The position numbers and the translations under genes were made by a program. A DNA stretch of 64,000 bases from positions 80,284-144,283 of the forward strand of contig JANXCW010000003.1 in NCBI GenBank assembly GCA_025059775.1, written 5' to 3'. The DNA is from Armatimonadota bacterium (GTDB lineage: Bacteria > Sysuimicrobiota > Sysuimicrobiia > Sysuimicrobiales > Sysuimicrobiaceae). Positions within the stretch are counted from its first letter, which is position 1. Every line of letters starts with the position of its first letter. Positions 18,595-27,574 of the stretch are shown here, one piece after another. Under the pieces are notes generated by a model, which ran no database searches, had not been told where the DNA came from, and saw only the letters and a list, made by a program, of their open reading frames with translations.

Positions 18595-18612
18595 GCGGAG
18601 TTCGGGAATAAT
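18583..18612 (+). promoter_or_regulatory. Sigma-A-type promoter for the tRNA-Gln/tRNA-Glu genes (-35 TTGACA, 18-nt spacer, -10 AATAAT)
   Basis: TTGACA at 18583-18588 (a second copy at 18560-18565 in the upstream repeat unit), AATAAT at 18607-18612, tRNA-Gln starts at 18626. Confidence 0.5.
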
Positions 18613-18625
18613 GATGGGCGGCCGG

Positions 18626-18699
18626 TGGGGGATCGTCTAACGGTAGGACAACGGGCTCTGGACCCGTTAGTGGAGGTTCGAATCCTCCTCCCCCAGCCA
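18626..18699 (+). tRNA. tRNA-Gln (anticodon CUG), CCA encoded
   Basis: Acceptor stem TGGGGGA/TCCCCCA, anticodon loop CTCTGGA (CTG), T-arm GGAGGTTCGAATCCTCC, discriminator G, then genomic CCA. Confidence 0.9.
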
Positions 18700-18714
18700 G
18701 CGGCAGCGGTGGGT

Positions 18715-18790
18715 GGCCCCATCGTCTAGAGGCCTAGGATACCGCCCTCTCAAGGCGGAGACGGGGATTCGAATTCCCCTGGGGCCACCA
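18715..18790 (+). tRNA. tRNA-Glu (anticodon CUC), CCA encoded
   Basis: Acceptor stem GGCCCCA/TGGGGCC, anticodon stem CCGCC/GGCGG with loop CTCTCAA (CTC), T-loop ATTCGAAT, discriminator A, then CCA. Confidence 0.9.
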
Positions 18791-18828
18791 AGCTCCAGGT
18801 TCCCGTCCTGGGACGCGGGAAGGATTCC

Positions 18829-20076
18829 GTGGACAAAGCCGACGTGGTCGTGGTGGGTGGGGGTGCCATAGGCCTGTGCTGCGCGTGCGCGTTGGCGCGC
18901 GATGGGCTGCGGGTGCTCCTCCTGGAACGCAAACACCCCGGGGCAGGCGCCTCCTGGGGGAATGCAGGGTTGGTGGCGCCCTCGCACAGCCTCCCCCTCG
19001 CGGAGCCCGGTGTCGTGCGGCGCGGCCTGCGGTGGATGCTGGACCCCGAAAGCCCCCTGTACGTGCCTCTGCGGCCGGACAGAAACCTGTGGACCTGGCT
19101 ATGGCGCTTCCTAAGGTCCGGTACGGACGCGCACGTACGCCTTGCCGTCCCCCTGCTGGTGCGGTTGCAGCGCCGGAGCCTGGAACTGTACGAGCAGCTG
19201 GCGGCGGAGGGACTGGACTTCGGATGGCACCGGGCCGGCTCGCTTTCTGTCTTCCTGGACGAGCGGGAGTACCGGGCCTTCCTGCACGAGGTCAATCGGC
19301 TCCGCCGAGAGGGGATGGTCGCGGAGGTGCTGGACGGCGAGGCCGCGCGGGAGCGGGAGCCCTTGCTGCGACCTGAGGTGGCCGGTGCGGTGTACTTTCC
19401 CCACGACGCCCACCTGGATCCCGCGGCCCTGGTGCAGGCCCTGGCGCAGCGCGCCCTGTGCCTCGGCGTGGAGGTGCGGGCGGGTTGCCCCGCGCGCCTT
19501 CAGCGGCGCGGCAGGATGGTGGCGGTGCAATGGAACGGGCAGGAGATCCGGCCGGCGGCGGTGGTGGTGGCCGCGGGCGCGTGGAGCGGGCCATTGTTGT
19601 GCCCTGTGGGGGTGCGCCTCCCTGTCCTCCCCGCCAAGGGATACAGCGTGACCCTGGCCGGTGGGTCCCTACCGGGAAGCCCCCTGATGCTCAGCGAGGC
19701 CCGGGTGGCTGTGACTCCGCTTTGGAGTCGTGCGGAGGGGCCCCGGGTGCGACTGGCGGGCACCCTGGAGTTGGGGATAGGGGAGGACGCCGCCAACCCC
19801 CGGCGCGTGAGGGCCATCCGCAGGGCTACCTCCCGGTACCTGCGGCTGGAGCCGGAGGGAGGGGTGGTTTGGTCCGGGCTCCGGCCGTGCACGCCGGATG
19901 GCCTCCCCGTAGTGGGTAGGCCGCGGGGTCTGGACAACCTGGTGGTAGCAACCGGCCACGGGACCCTGGGCATCTCCCTGGCCCCGGTGACCGGGGAGCT
20001 GGTAGCGCAGCTCGTGGCGGGGGAAGAACCCGAAGACCTGGTGCCCCTGAGCCCTGACCGGTTCAGCCCGCTCTGA
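18829..20076 (+). CDS. FAD-dependent oxidoreductase, DAO family (D-amino-acid dehydrogenase-like)
   Basis: GTG 18829. N-terminal dinucleotide-binding fold VVVVGGGAIGLCCACALARDGLRVLLLER. C-terminal GHG..G DAO-type motif (VVATGHGTLGISLAP). Confidence 0.8.
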   Translation: MDKADVVVVGGGAIGLCCACALARDGLRVLLLERKHPGAGASWGNAGLVAPSHSLPLAEPGVVRRGLRWMLDPESPLYVPLRPDRNLWTWLWRFLRSGTDAHVRLAVPLLVRLQRRSLELYEQLAAEGLDFGWHRAGSLSVFLDEREYRAFLHEVNRLRREGMVAEVLDGEAAREREPLLRPEVAGAVYFPHDAHLDPAALVQALAQRALCLGVEVRAGCPARLQRRGRMVAVQWNGQEIRPAAVVVAAGAWSGPLLCPVGVRLPVLPAKGYSVTLAGGSLPGSPLMLSEARVAVTPLWSRAEGPRVRLAGTLELGIGEDAANPRRVRAIRRATSRYLRLEPEGGVVWSGLRPCTPDGLPVVGRPRGLDNLVVATGHGTLGISLAPVTGELVAQLVAGEEPEDLVPLSPDRFSPL

Positions 20077-20241
20077 CCCGTCCGGGAAACCGCCGTGGAG
20101 CCGTCGAGAAGCCGGCGGTAGACCGCCCGACAGCGGTCGGGGCCCACGCGTTGGCAGGAAGGGGGATCCTGTTCGTAGAAGTCCCGCATCCAGACGGATT
20201 CCATGCCTCGGAGGCGAGAGGTGCGGGCACACCGGGTGGTG

Positions 20242-20769
20242 ATGACGGGGCTGCTCGTGGCGGTGGCCTTCCTGCTCATGGCTACGGTGCAGCTCCCGAT
20301 CCTACCTCAGGCCCCCTTTCTGAAGTACGATCCCAGCGACGCCGCCGCCTTGGTGGCCGGGGTCCTCTACGGTCCCGGCACCGGGGTGCTGGTGGTGTTC
20401 CTGAAGGACGTGCTTTTCCTCCTGTTCCGGGCAAAAGGACCCTTCGGGCCCCTCGCGGACTTCATTGCCGCGGGCACGTTCGTGGCCGTGACCGCATGGG
20501 CCTACCGGCGCATGGGCGGTGCCTTCCCCTGGCGGCTCCTGGCCGCGGCCCTGGTGGGGATGGGTGCCCGGGTGCTGGTGATGATCCCCGCTAACTTCGT
20601 GATCCTGTACCTGGAGTTCGGGATGCCACCGGCTCGGGTGGCGGGGCTGCTGCTTCCAGCCATCGTTCCCTTCAACGCGGTGAAGGCGGCCCTCAATGCC
20701 CTCCTGGCCCTGGTGGTGGCGGAACCCTTGGGCCGCTACCTGCCCGTGCCGGAGTTTCCCGACCGATAG
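20242..20769 (+). CDS. ECF-type transporter S (substrate-capture) component, substrate unknown
   Basis: ~175-aa all-helical membrane protein with the ECF_trnsprt hallmark (FLKYDPSDAAALVAGVLYGPGTGVLVVFLKDVLFLLF ... IPANFVILYL). Sits alone with no EcfA/EcfT adjacent. Confidence 0.7.
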   Translation: MTGLLVAVAFLLMATVQLPILPQAPFLKYDPSDAAALVAGVLYGPGTGVLVVFLKDVLFLLFRAKGPFGPLADFIAAGTFVAVTAWAYRRMGGAFPWRLLAAALVGMGARVLVMIPANFVILYLEFGMPPARVAGLLLPAIVPFNAVKAALNALLALVVAEPLGRYLPVPEFPDR

Positions 20770-20834
20770 GTTGAGCAGGGTTGCGCGGCCCCGTGGCCAA
20801 TTCTCGTCCTGGAGGATGCCCAGGAGGACTTTCC

Positions 20835-21611
20835 TTGCGGGTTGCGGTCAATCTCTCCATCCTGTTCACGGAGTTCCCTTTCCTGGAACGGTTCGAGCAC
20901 GCCCGCCGGGCGGGGTTTTCCGCGGTGGAGTTCTGGTTCCCCTACGGGGAGGATCTGGGGGCCATCGCCCGGGAGCTGCGACGGCTACGGCTGGAACTCG
21001 TGCTCTTCAACCTGGAAGTGGGGAACTTCGCCGCTGGGGAACGGGGGTACGCATGTCACCCAGACCGGCGGGAGCGCTTCCGGGAAACGGTGGAGCTGGG
21101 GATCGAGGTGGCGCAGCATCTGGGATGCCGCCGCCTGAACGTACTGGTGGGAAACGCCCTCCCGGACATCCCCCGGGCGGACCAGCGCCGGGTTCTGGTG
21201 GAGAACCTCCGGGAGGCGGCCCGGGCCATTGAGCGCTGGGGAATCCTGCTGCTCTTCGAGGCCCTCAACCCCCACGATGCTCCCGACTACTTCCTGCACA
21301 CCTCCGCGGAAGCCTTCGCGATCCTGGAGGAGGTGGCGGAGCCCAACCTGAAGTTCCAGTACGACGTCTACCACATGCAGCGCAGCGAGGGGAACCTCAC
21401 CGACACCATCACCCGGCACGTGGACAGGATCGGCCACATCCAGATTGCGGATTCCCCGGATCGCGGACCGCCCGGCACCGGTGAGATCAACTTTCGCTAC
21501 CTGCTGCGCCGGATTGCGGCAAGCGGGTACACGGGATATGTAAGTGCGGAGTACCGGCCTCAGGGACCGAGCGCGGAGTCCTTCGGGTGGATGCGGGAGG
21601 TGCTTCCTTGA
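20835..21611 (+). CDS. Hydroxypyruvate isomerase-like TIM-barrel sugar-phosphate isomerase/epimerase (Hyi/OtnI family)
   Basis: TTG 20835, 7 nt after AGGAGG. LRVAVNLSILFTEFPFLERFEHARRAGFSAVEFWFPY... matches the Hyi N-terminus. ~258 aa. Confidence 0.75.
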   Translation: MRVAVNLSILFTEFPFLERFEHARRAGFSAVEFWFPYGEDLGAIARELRRLRLELVLFNLEVGNFAAGERGYACHPDRRERFRETVELGIEVAQHLGCRRLNVLVGNALPDIPRADQRRVLVENLREAARAIERWGILLLFEALNPHDAPDYFLHTSAEAFAILEEVAEPNLKFQYDVYHMQRSEGNLTDTITRHVDRIGHIQIADSPDRGPPGTGEINFRYLLRRIAASGYTGYVSAEYRPQGPSAESFGWMREVLP

Positions 21612-22387
21612 TGGAAAACCGGGTCAAACGCCGGCTGCAGCGGGGCCTTCCCGTGATCGGACACTGGCTGAGCTTTCCGTGCCCGGCGGTGGCGGAGCTG
21701 CTGAGTGCCTTCGAACCGGACTGGCTCGTGGTGGACACGGAGCACGGGCCCGCCAGCTGGGAGACGGTGGAGCACCAGCTGCGGGCCATGCGGGGGACCG
21801 GCGTGACCCCCATCGTGCGGGTGGCGGCCAACGACGCCGCCCTCATCAAGCTGGCCCTGGATCGGGGCGCCATGGGCGTGATCGTTCCCCTGGTGAGTTC
21901 TCCGGAGGAGGCCCGGAGGGCCGTCCTAGCCTCCCGCTACCCTCCCGAGGGGATTCGAGGGGTCGCGGGCACCCGGGCGAGCCGATACGGCCTGGACCTC
22001 CCGGCGTACTTCGCCGCCTGGAACCGGGAGGCCTTGGTGATCTGCCAAGTGGAGACGGTGCAGGGACTGGAGCAGGCGGAGGAGATTGCGGCCGTGGAGG
22101 GGGTGGACGTCCTCTTTGTGGGGCCCAACGATCTCTCCGCGAGCGTAGGGTGCTTCCGGCGGTTCGAGGCACCGGAGTACGAGGAGGCGGTGCAGAAGGT
22201 GCTCTCCGCGGCCCTGGGGCACGGCAAGGCCGCCGGGTACCTGGCCTCAGATCCGGAGGAGGCGCTCCGCCGCATCGCGCAGGGATTCCGGTTCGTGGGC
22301 ATCGCCAGCGACAGCCGCCTTCTGGCGGCTGCGGCCTCCTCAGCCCTGCAGCGGGTGCGGGCACACCTCCAGGAGGGAACGTCATGA
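21611..22387 (+). CDS. HpcH/HpaI-family 2-keto-3-deoxy-acid aldolase
   Basis: Start overlaps the upstream stop (TGATG). GHWLSFPCPAVAELL...VVDTEHGP...PIVRVAANDAALIKLALDRGAMGVIVPLV matches the HpcH family. Confidence 0.85.
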   Translation: MENRVKRRLQRGLPVIGHWLSFPCPAVAELLSAFEPDWLVVDTEHGPASWETVEHQLRAMRGTGVTPIVRVAANDAALIKLALDRGAMGVIVPLVSSPEEARRAVLASRYPPEGIRGVAGTRASRYGLDLPAYFAAWNREALVICQVETVQGLEQAEEIAAVEGVDVLFVGPNDLSASVGCFRRFEAPEYEEAVQKVLSAALGHGKAAGYLASDPEEALRRIAQGFRFVGIASDSRLLAAAASSALQRVRAHLQEGTS

Positions 22388-23301
22388 GGGTGACCCCGGA
22401 GACCACCCGGGTGGGCGTGATCGGCCTCGGGATCATGGGCAGACCCATGGCCCGCAACCTCCTGCGGGCCGGGTACCGCCTGGTGGTGCACAACCGGAGC
22501 CGGGCGCCCGTGGAGGAACTGGTGGCCCTGGGAGCCACGGATGGGGGATCCCCGAAGGGCGTCGGACAGGCCTCGGATGTGGTGATCACCGTCCTTCCGG
22601 ACACCCCGGACGTGGAGCGGGTGCTCTTCGGGCCAGAGGGACTCGTGGAGGGGATGCGGCCGGGCTCGGTGCTCATCGACATGAGCACCATATCGCCCGA
22701 GGCCACCCGGAGCTTCGCGAAACGGTTGCACGAGCGCGGGATCGAGATGCTGGATGCACCCGTCAGCGGTGGACAGCGGGGTGCGGAGGAGGGAACCCTC
22801 GCCATCATGGTGGGAGGGCCCGCGGAGGTCTTCCAGCGATGCCGTCCCCTCTTCGAGATCCTGGGGCGGCACGTCGTGCACCTGGGACCCCATGGAGCGG
22901 GGCAGGTGTGCAAGGCCTGCAACCAGATCGTGGTAGCCCTCACCCTCCAGGCGGTCTCCGAGGCCTTGGTGCTGGCGGAGCGGGCAGGGGTGGATCCCGC
23001 AAAGGTGCGGGAGGCTCTGCTCGGGGGCTTCGCCTATAGCCGCATCCTGGAGGTGCACGGGCAGCGCATGCTGGAGGGCAACTTCGTCCCGGGCTTTCGG
23101 GTGGAGCTGCACCACAAGGATCTGCGCCTTGCCCTGGAGGCCGGACGGGCCTACGGGGTGCCCCTTCCCGGAACCGCCATCACCCACGAGCTCCTGGGAG
23201 CCCTGGTGGCCACGGGCCGCGGAAAGCTGGACCACTCGGCCCTGGTCCTGCTCGCGCGGCAGCTCGCGGGTGGGGGCGGGCTTGACGCGGGGTCCGTATA
23301 A
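22384..23301 (+). CDS. 2-hydroxy-3-oxopropionate (tartronate semialdehyde) reductase / beta-hydroxyacid dehydrogenase family
   Basis: ATGA overlap. VGVIGLGIMGRPMARNLLRAGYRLVVHNRS (NAD-binding) and the 6-PGDH-like C-terminal domain. The 21544..23301 ORF is an artefactual upstream extension. Confidence 0.85.
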   Translation: MRVTPETTRVGVIGLGIMGRPMARNLLRAGYRLVVHNRSRAPVEELVALGATDGGSPKGVGQASDVVITVLPDTPDVERVLFGPEGLVEGMRPGSVLIDMSTISPEATRSFAKRLHERGIEMLDAPVSGGQRGAEEGTLAIMVGGPAEVFQRCRPLFEILGRHVVHLGPHGAGQVCKACNQIVVALTLQAVSEALVLAERAGVDPAKVREALLGGFAYSRILEVHGQRMLEGNFVPGFRVELHHKDLRLALEAGRAYGVPLPGTAITHELLGALVATGRGKLDHSALVLLARQLAGGGGLDAGSV

Positions 23302-23376
23302 TTAAGGCGGATCGGGGGCGGTGATAGGGGCGGCCTTGCGCAGGAGGGTCTACAGAATAGGCGCGGAGAGGGCCGG

Positions 23377-24318
23377 ATGAGGTCGTCCACTGCTGCTGTC
23401 CGGCCCTGGGTGAGCTTCCTCACGCGGGGGGGCCGCTGGCTTCGGAGGGAGCGGGTGTTCGCGCCCCTGCTCGTTTTGCCCGCCTTCCTGTACGTAGTCC
23501 TCCTCGTAGGTCTGCCCTTCCTCTATGCGCTCTACCTGAGCCTCACGGACGCCACCACCGGGAACCCCTACGGGAGCTTCATCGGGTTGCGGAACTTCTC
23601 AGAGGTGGTCCAGGACCGGGTCTTCCGCACGGCCCTCAAGAACACCTTCGTCTTCACCCTCTCCGCACAGGGGGCGGTGATCCTGCTCTCCAATGTCCTC
23701 GCCCGGGCCCTGAGTACGGAGTTCCGGGGCAAGGGGTTCGTGCTCTTTCTCCTCCTGCTCCCCTGGGTGGCCCCGGTCTCGCTCTCCACCATCGGCTGGC
23801 TGTGGATCCTCCACGCCCGGTTCAGCGTCCTGGACTGGGTGGCCTGGCAGCTGGGATTGCTGCCCCACGGCCAGAACACCTTCTGGCTTGGGAAACCGAA
23901 TCTGGCTATGTTCTCCGTGGTGATGGTGCACGTGTGGCGGATGCTGCCCTTCGCCACCGTGGTCCTCCTGGCTGGCCTTACCTCCCTGCCCCGGGACCTG
24001 CTGGACCAGGCGGAGGTGGATGGGGCGAGGTTCTGGCGGAAGCTCTTCCAGATCGAGCTCCCCCTGCTGCTTCCCATCATGAGCGTGGCGGTTCTGTTCG
24101 GCACTATCTTCACCTTCACGGACATGGCGGTGGTGTATGTGCTCACCCGGGGCGGGCCCTTTGACACCACCCAGGTGCTCAGCAGCCTCGCCTTCTTCAA
24201 GGGGATCGTGGGCGGAAACCTCAGCGTAGGGGCGGCCATCTCCCTCTTCCTGTTCCCCGTGCTCCTTGTGGCGGCGGTCCTCATCCTGCGAGCCGCCCGG
24301 CGGGCGGAGGTGACGTAG
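23377..24318 (+). CDS. Carbohydrate ABC transporter permease (MalF/UgpA-type)
   Basis: Six-TM permease with the EAA-like motif region (..LDQAEVDGARFWRKLFQIELPLLLP..). Confidence 0.85.
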   Translation: MRSSTAAVRPWVSFLTRGGRWLRRERVFAPLLVLPAFLYVVLLVGLPFLYALYLSLTDATTGNPYGSFIGLRNFSEVVQDRVFRTALKNTFVFTLSAQGAVILLSNVLARALSTEFRGKGFVLFLLLLPWVAPVSLSTIGWLWILHARFSVLDWVAWQLGLLPHGQNTFWLGKPNLAMFSVVMVHVWRMLPFATVVLLAGLTSLPRDLLDQAEVDGARFWRKLFQIELPLLLPIMSVAVLFGTIFTFTDMAVVYVLTRGGPFDTTQVLSSLAFFKGIVGGNLSVGAAISLFLFPVLLVAAVLILRAARRAEVT

Positions 24319-25172
24319 TGCGGAAGCGCGGAAACTGGCAGAGAGCTCTGCGGGTCGGCGGGCGTGCCCTGATCCTGGTGGCCTTCTGCACCTTCACCTC
24401 CTTCCCCTTTGCCTGGATGCTCATCACCGCCTTCAAGCGGAATTCCGACCTCTACAACCCCGTGAACAACCCCTTTTGGTTTAACGAACCTCCCACCCTG
24501 GAGCACCTGGAGTACGTGTTCACCAAGACCCTGTATGCCAACTGGATCGTGAACACCGCCCTGGTGGGGGTGGTGGTGGTGGCCATCACCCTCCTGCTGG
24601 CCCTGCCCGCGGGCTACAGCCTCAGCCGGTTTTTGGGACCGTGGGGCACGCAGCTGGGGATCGGGATGTTCCTCGTGTACCTGGTTCCTCCCACCCTGCT
24701 CTTCATCCCTCTCGCCCGGGTGGTGAGTGAACTGCGGCTGCACAACACCCTCTGGTCCCTCATCCTGATCTACCCCACCATCACCGTGCCCTTCGCCACC
24801 TGGCTGCTGATGGGGTTCTTCAAGTCCATCCCTCCGGAGCTGGAGGAGCAGGCCCTGGTGGACGGGTACAGCCGACTGGGCGCCTTCTGGCGGGTCACCC
24901 TGCCCCTCGCGGTTCCGGGTATCATCGCGGTGGTGATCTTCAGCTTTACCATCTCCGCTCAGGAGTTCGTCTACGCCCTCTCCTTCGTCACCAACGTGGC
25001 CCGCAAGACGGTGAGTGTGGGGGTCCCCGCGGACATGGTCCGCGGGGATATCTTCGACTGGGGGCCGCTCATGGCGAGCGCGTTCCTGGCGAGTGTGCCC
25101 GTGGCTATCCTGTACTACTTCGTGATAGACAAGTTCGTGCGTGGGTTCACCACGGCGGGAGCGATCCGATGA
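24318..25172 (+). CDS. Carbohydrate ABC transporter permease (MalG/UgpE-type)
   Basis: GTG start overlaps the upstream TAG by 1 nt. EQALVDGYSRLGAFWRVTLPLAVPG signature. Confidence 0.85.
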   Translation: MRKRGNWQRALRVGGRALILVAFCTFTSFPFAWMLITAFKRNSDLYNPVNNPFWFNEPPTLEHLEYVFTKTLYANWIVNTALVGVVVVAITLLLALPAGYSLSRFLGPWGTQLGIGMFLVYLVPPTLLFIPLARVVSELRLHNTLWSLILIYPTITVPFATWLLMGFFKSIPPELEEQALVDGYSRLGAFWRVTLPLAVPGIIAVVIFSFTISAQEFVYALSFVTNVARKTVSVGVPADMVRGDIFDWGPLMASAFLASVPVAILYYFVIDKFVRGFTTAGAIR

Positions 25173-26743
25173 GAAGGGGGGTGCACGAGGACATGTCGGA
25201 CGAGAGGCAGGAACTGCGGTGGGTACGGGTCGCGGAGGGGAGGTGGCGCCTCGTGACCCGGAGGGAGTTCTTGCGGCTTGTGGGCGCGGGGCTCACCGCG
25301 GCCAGTTTCGGACCGTTCATCTTTACGGAGAAGACCGCGGCTCAGCCCGTGACCCTGCGCATCCTGCAGTGGAGACACTTCGTTCCACCCTACGACGAAT
25401 GGTTCAACAAGGTGTTCGCGCCCCGGTGGGGGGAGAAGAACGGCGTACGGGTGGTGGTGGAGAACGTGGGACTGGCGGAAATCCCCGCCATTGCCGCGGG
25501 GGAGGCGGCCCGGGTGGCCGCGGGTGCGGATCCGGGGCACGACATGATCCAGTACCTCACCCCGCCCGCCACCCTGGAGCGGCAGGTGGACACGGACGCC
25601 CACCGGGAGGTCATCGAGGAGCTCAAGCGCAAGGTAGGACCGTACATCCCGCTTGCGGAGAAGAGCACCTACAACCCCGTGACCCGGCGGTACTTCGGGA
25701 TCTCAGACAACTTCGTGCCGGACCCCATGCACTACCGGGGGTGGATGTGGCGGGAAGCCTCCGGTAAGGCCCTGGGGCGCTCCACACCGGGACCGGTGAC
25801 GTGGGACGACGTCCGCAAGGTGGGGCGGGAGCTGCGACGCATGGGCCACCCCGTGGGCCTGGGGCTGAGCCAGGAGATCGACACGGGGATGTGGCTGCGC
25901 AGCCTCCTCTACTCCTGGGGCACCGGCGAGCAGGACGAGGGCGGCAACGTGATCCTGGATGTCCCGCCCTACCGACAGCGGACCCTGGACGCCCTGAAGT
26001 TCGTGCGGGATCTCTACAACGAGACCATGTTTGCGGGGGTCTTCGCGTGGACCGCGGCCTCCAACAACGAGGAATTCCTGGCAGGCCGTATCTCCATCGC
26101 CATGAACGCCATCTCCATCACCCGGACCGCCCAGGCCCTGGCCGCCCAGGCCCTCAAGCGGGGAGAGGATCCCAAGACCAGCAAGGCCGTGCTCCTCGCG
26201 CGGGATACCCTGATCACGGAGCGGGCGCCGCAGGGACCGGCAGGAGCCCGCGGGCTGGAGCACGTCATGGGGGTTTACTTCATCTGGAAGAACCGGCCCC
26301 GTCCCGTGCGGGAGGCGGCGAAGAAGCTGCTCATCGACCTCATCCTGAGCTACGATCCCGACGTGGCAGCCCGGGAGGGTTGGGCCCCCGGGAAGTTCCA
26401 GGCTTCCCAGGCCTACGACTACCCCACCTTCGAGAACGCCATCCCCAAGGCCAAGCGGCTCGCATACCTGCGCAACGATCCCGTGAGCCGGGCCGCGGGA
26501 GACCGTCCGGATAAGCTGGTGACCATCGAGACCGCATACGAGTGGGCACACAACGTGGGGTGGCCCGGGCCCTCGAGTGCGGCCATCGACGAGGTGTTCA
26601 ACACGTGGATCCTCAACGTGATGTTCGCCCGGGTGGCCCAGGGGATCGACACGCCCGAGCAGGCCCTGGACGCCGCGGCCCGTCAGATCCGCCGGGTGTT
26701 CCAGAAGTGGCGGGAGCAGGGGCTGGTGGGCGGTCGGCGGTGA
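25169..26743 (+). CDS. ABC transporter extracellular solute-binding protein (family 1) with Tat-type signal
   Basis: ATGA overlap with the permease. TRREFLRLVGAGLTAASF twin-arginine signal. An alternative GTG start at 25253 (M-TRREFL) has a strong GGAGGGGAGGTGG RBS and may be the true start. Confidence 0.8.
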   Translation: MRRGVHEDMSDERQELRWVRVAEGRWRLVTRREFLRLVGAGLTAASFGPFIFTEKTAAQPVTLRILQWRHFVPPYDEWFNKVFAPRWGEKNGVRVVVENVGLAEIPAIAAGEAARVAAGADPGHDMIQYLTPPATLERQVDTDAHREVIEELKRKVGPYIPLAEKSTYNPVTRRYFGISDNFVPDPMHYRGWMWREASGKALGRSTPGPVTWDDVRKVGRELRRMGHPVGLGLSQEIDTGMWLRSLLYSWGTGEQDEGGNVILDVPPYRQRTLDALKFVRDLYNETMFAGVFAWTAASNNEEFLAGRISIAMNAISITRTAQALAAQALKRGEDPKTSKAVLLARDTLITERAPQGPAGARGLEHVMGVYFIWKNRPRPVREAAKKLLIDLILSYDPDVAAREGWAPGKFQASQAYDYPTFENAIPKAKRLAYLRNDPVSRAAGDRPDKLVTIETAYEWAHNVGWPGPSSAAIDEVFNTWILNVMFARVAQGIDTPEQALDAAARQIRRVFQKWREQGLVGGRR

Positions 26744-27567
26744 GTCCGGCGAGCACCGCAGGGGTCAAGCTCCGGGGGGGCGCGCGGCGGAGCCAGGGAA
26801 TCGTTCCCTCCGTCCTTCGGGCCATCCGGATCCTGGAGGCCGTGGGCAGCGCCGCGCACCCCCCGACCCTGGGAGAACTCGCGCGGATCCTGGGAATCCC
26901 CAAGAGCAGCCTACACGATCTCTGCACCACCCTCCTGCAGGAGCGCCTGCTGGAGCGCACGGACGGAGGGGGCTTCCGGATCGGGGTGCGGGTGTTGGAC
27001 TTCTACAGGGCGTACGACGCCGCCACCCACCTGGGCACGGAGTTCCACCGGGTATGCGAGGAGCTGGTTCCCCGACACGAGGAGACCATTGTGCTCTCCG
27101 TGCTGGATGGACGGGAGGTGGTGTACGTGGCCTGCCGGAACGGCACCCAGCCCATCGCGGTGAACTACCGGATCGGCCTGCGCCTTCCGGCCCACACCAC
27201 AGCCACGGGAAAGGCCATTCTGAGCACCCTCCGGGAGGAGGAGGTGCGCGCCCTGTTCTCCGGCCAGCCCCTGGTACGCCCCACCCGGCGCAGCATCGGG
27301 CAGGTGGAGGAACTCCTCGAGGAGCTGCGAACGACCCGGGCCCGGGGATACTCCGTGGACGACGAGGAGACGGTGGAAGGGATGTGCTGCGTGGGAGCTC
27401 CCCTGTGCGTATCCGGAGACGTACGCGCGGGAGTCGCCTTCAGCATGGTGAAGGCCAGAACCCGGCGGGATCGCCTCCAGGATCTCGGCGGGAAAATCCG
27501 ACACCTCGCCACCGTGCTGTCCGAACGGCTGGGAGGACGGGTTCCGGTCTGCCGTCCGCGGGGATAA
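26740..27567 (+). CDS. IclR-family transcriptional regulator
   Basis: GTGA overlap with the binding-protein gene. N-terminal wHTH (SVLRAIRILEAVGSAAHPPTLGELARILGIPKSSLHDLCTTLLQERLL) and C-terminal IclR effector domain. Confidence 0.85.
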   Translation: MSPASTAGVKLRGGARRSQGIVPSVLRAIRILEAVGSAAHPPTLGELARILGIPKSSLHDLCTTLLQERLLERTDGGGFRIGVRVLDFYRAYDAATHLGTEFHRVCEELVPRHEETIVLSVLDGREVVYVACRNGTQPIAVNYRIGLRLPAHTTATGKAILSTLREEEVRALFSGQPLVRPTRRSIGQVEELLEELRTTRARGYSVDDEETVEGMCCVGAPLCVSGDVRAGVAFSMVKARTRRDRLQDLGGKIRHLATVLSERLGGRVPVCRPRG

Positions 27568-27574
27568 CAGCCAG

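Noticed and set aside
18600-18830. Integrated mobile element at the tRNA-Gln/tRNA-Glu locus
   Set aside because: No integrase, no duplicated tRNA 3' fragment, and the downstream genes are ordinary metabolic genes.
20077-20241. FMN (RFN) riboswitch on either strand
   Set aside because: Isolated matches (CGGCGGTA, CCGACAGCGGT, GTCTGGATG on the minus strand) are in the wrong order and spacing for the RFN fold. Kept only as a generic possible-riboswitch finding.
21544-23301. 585-aa ORF spanning the HpcH aldolase and reductase genes
   Set aside because: Upstream read-through of the reductase frame across the aldolase gene. The reductase starts at ATG 22384 (ATGA overlap).
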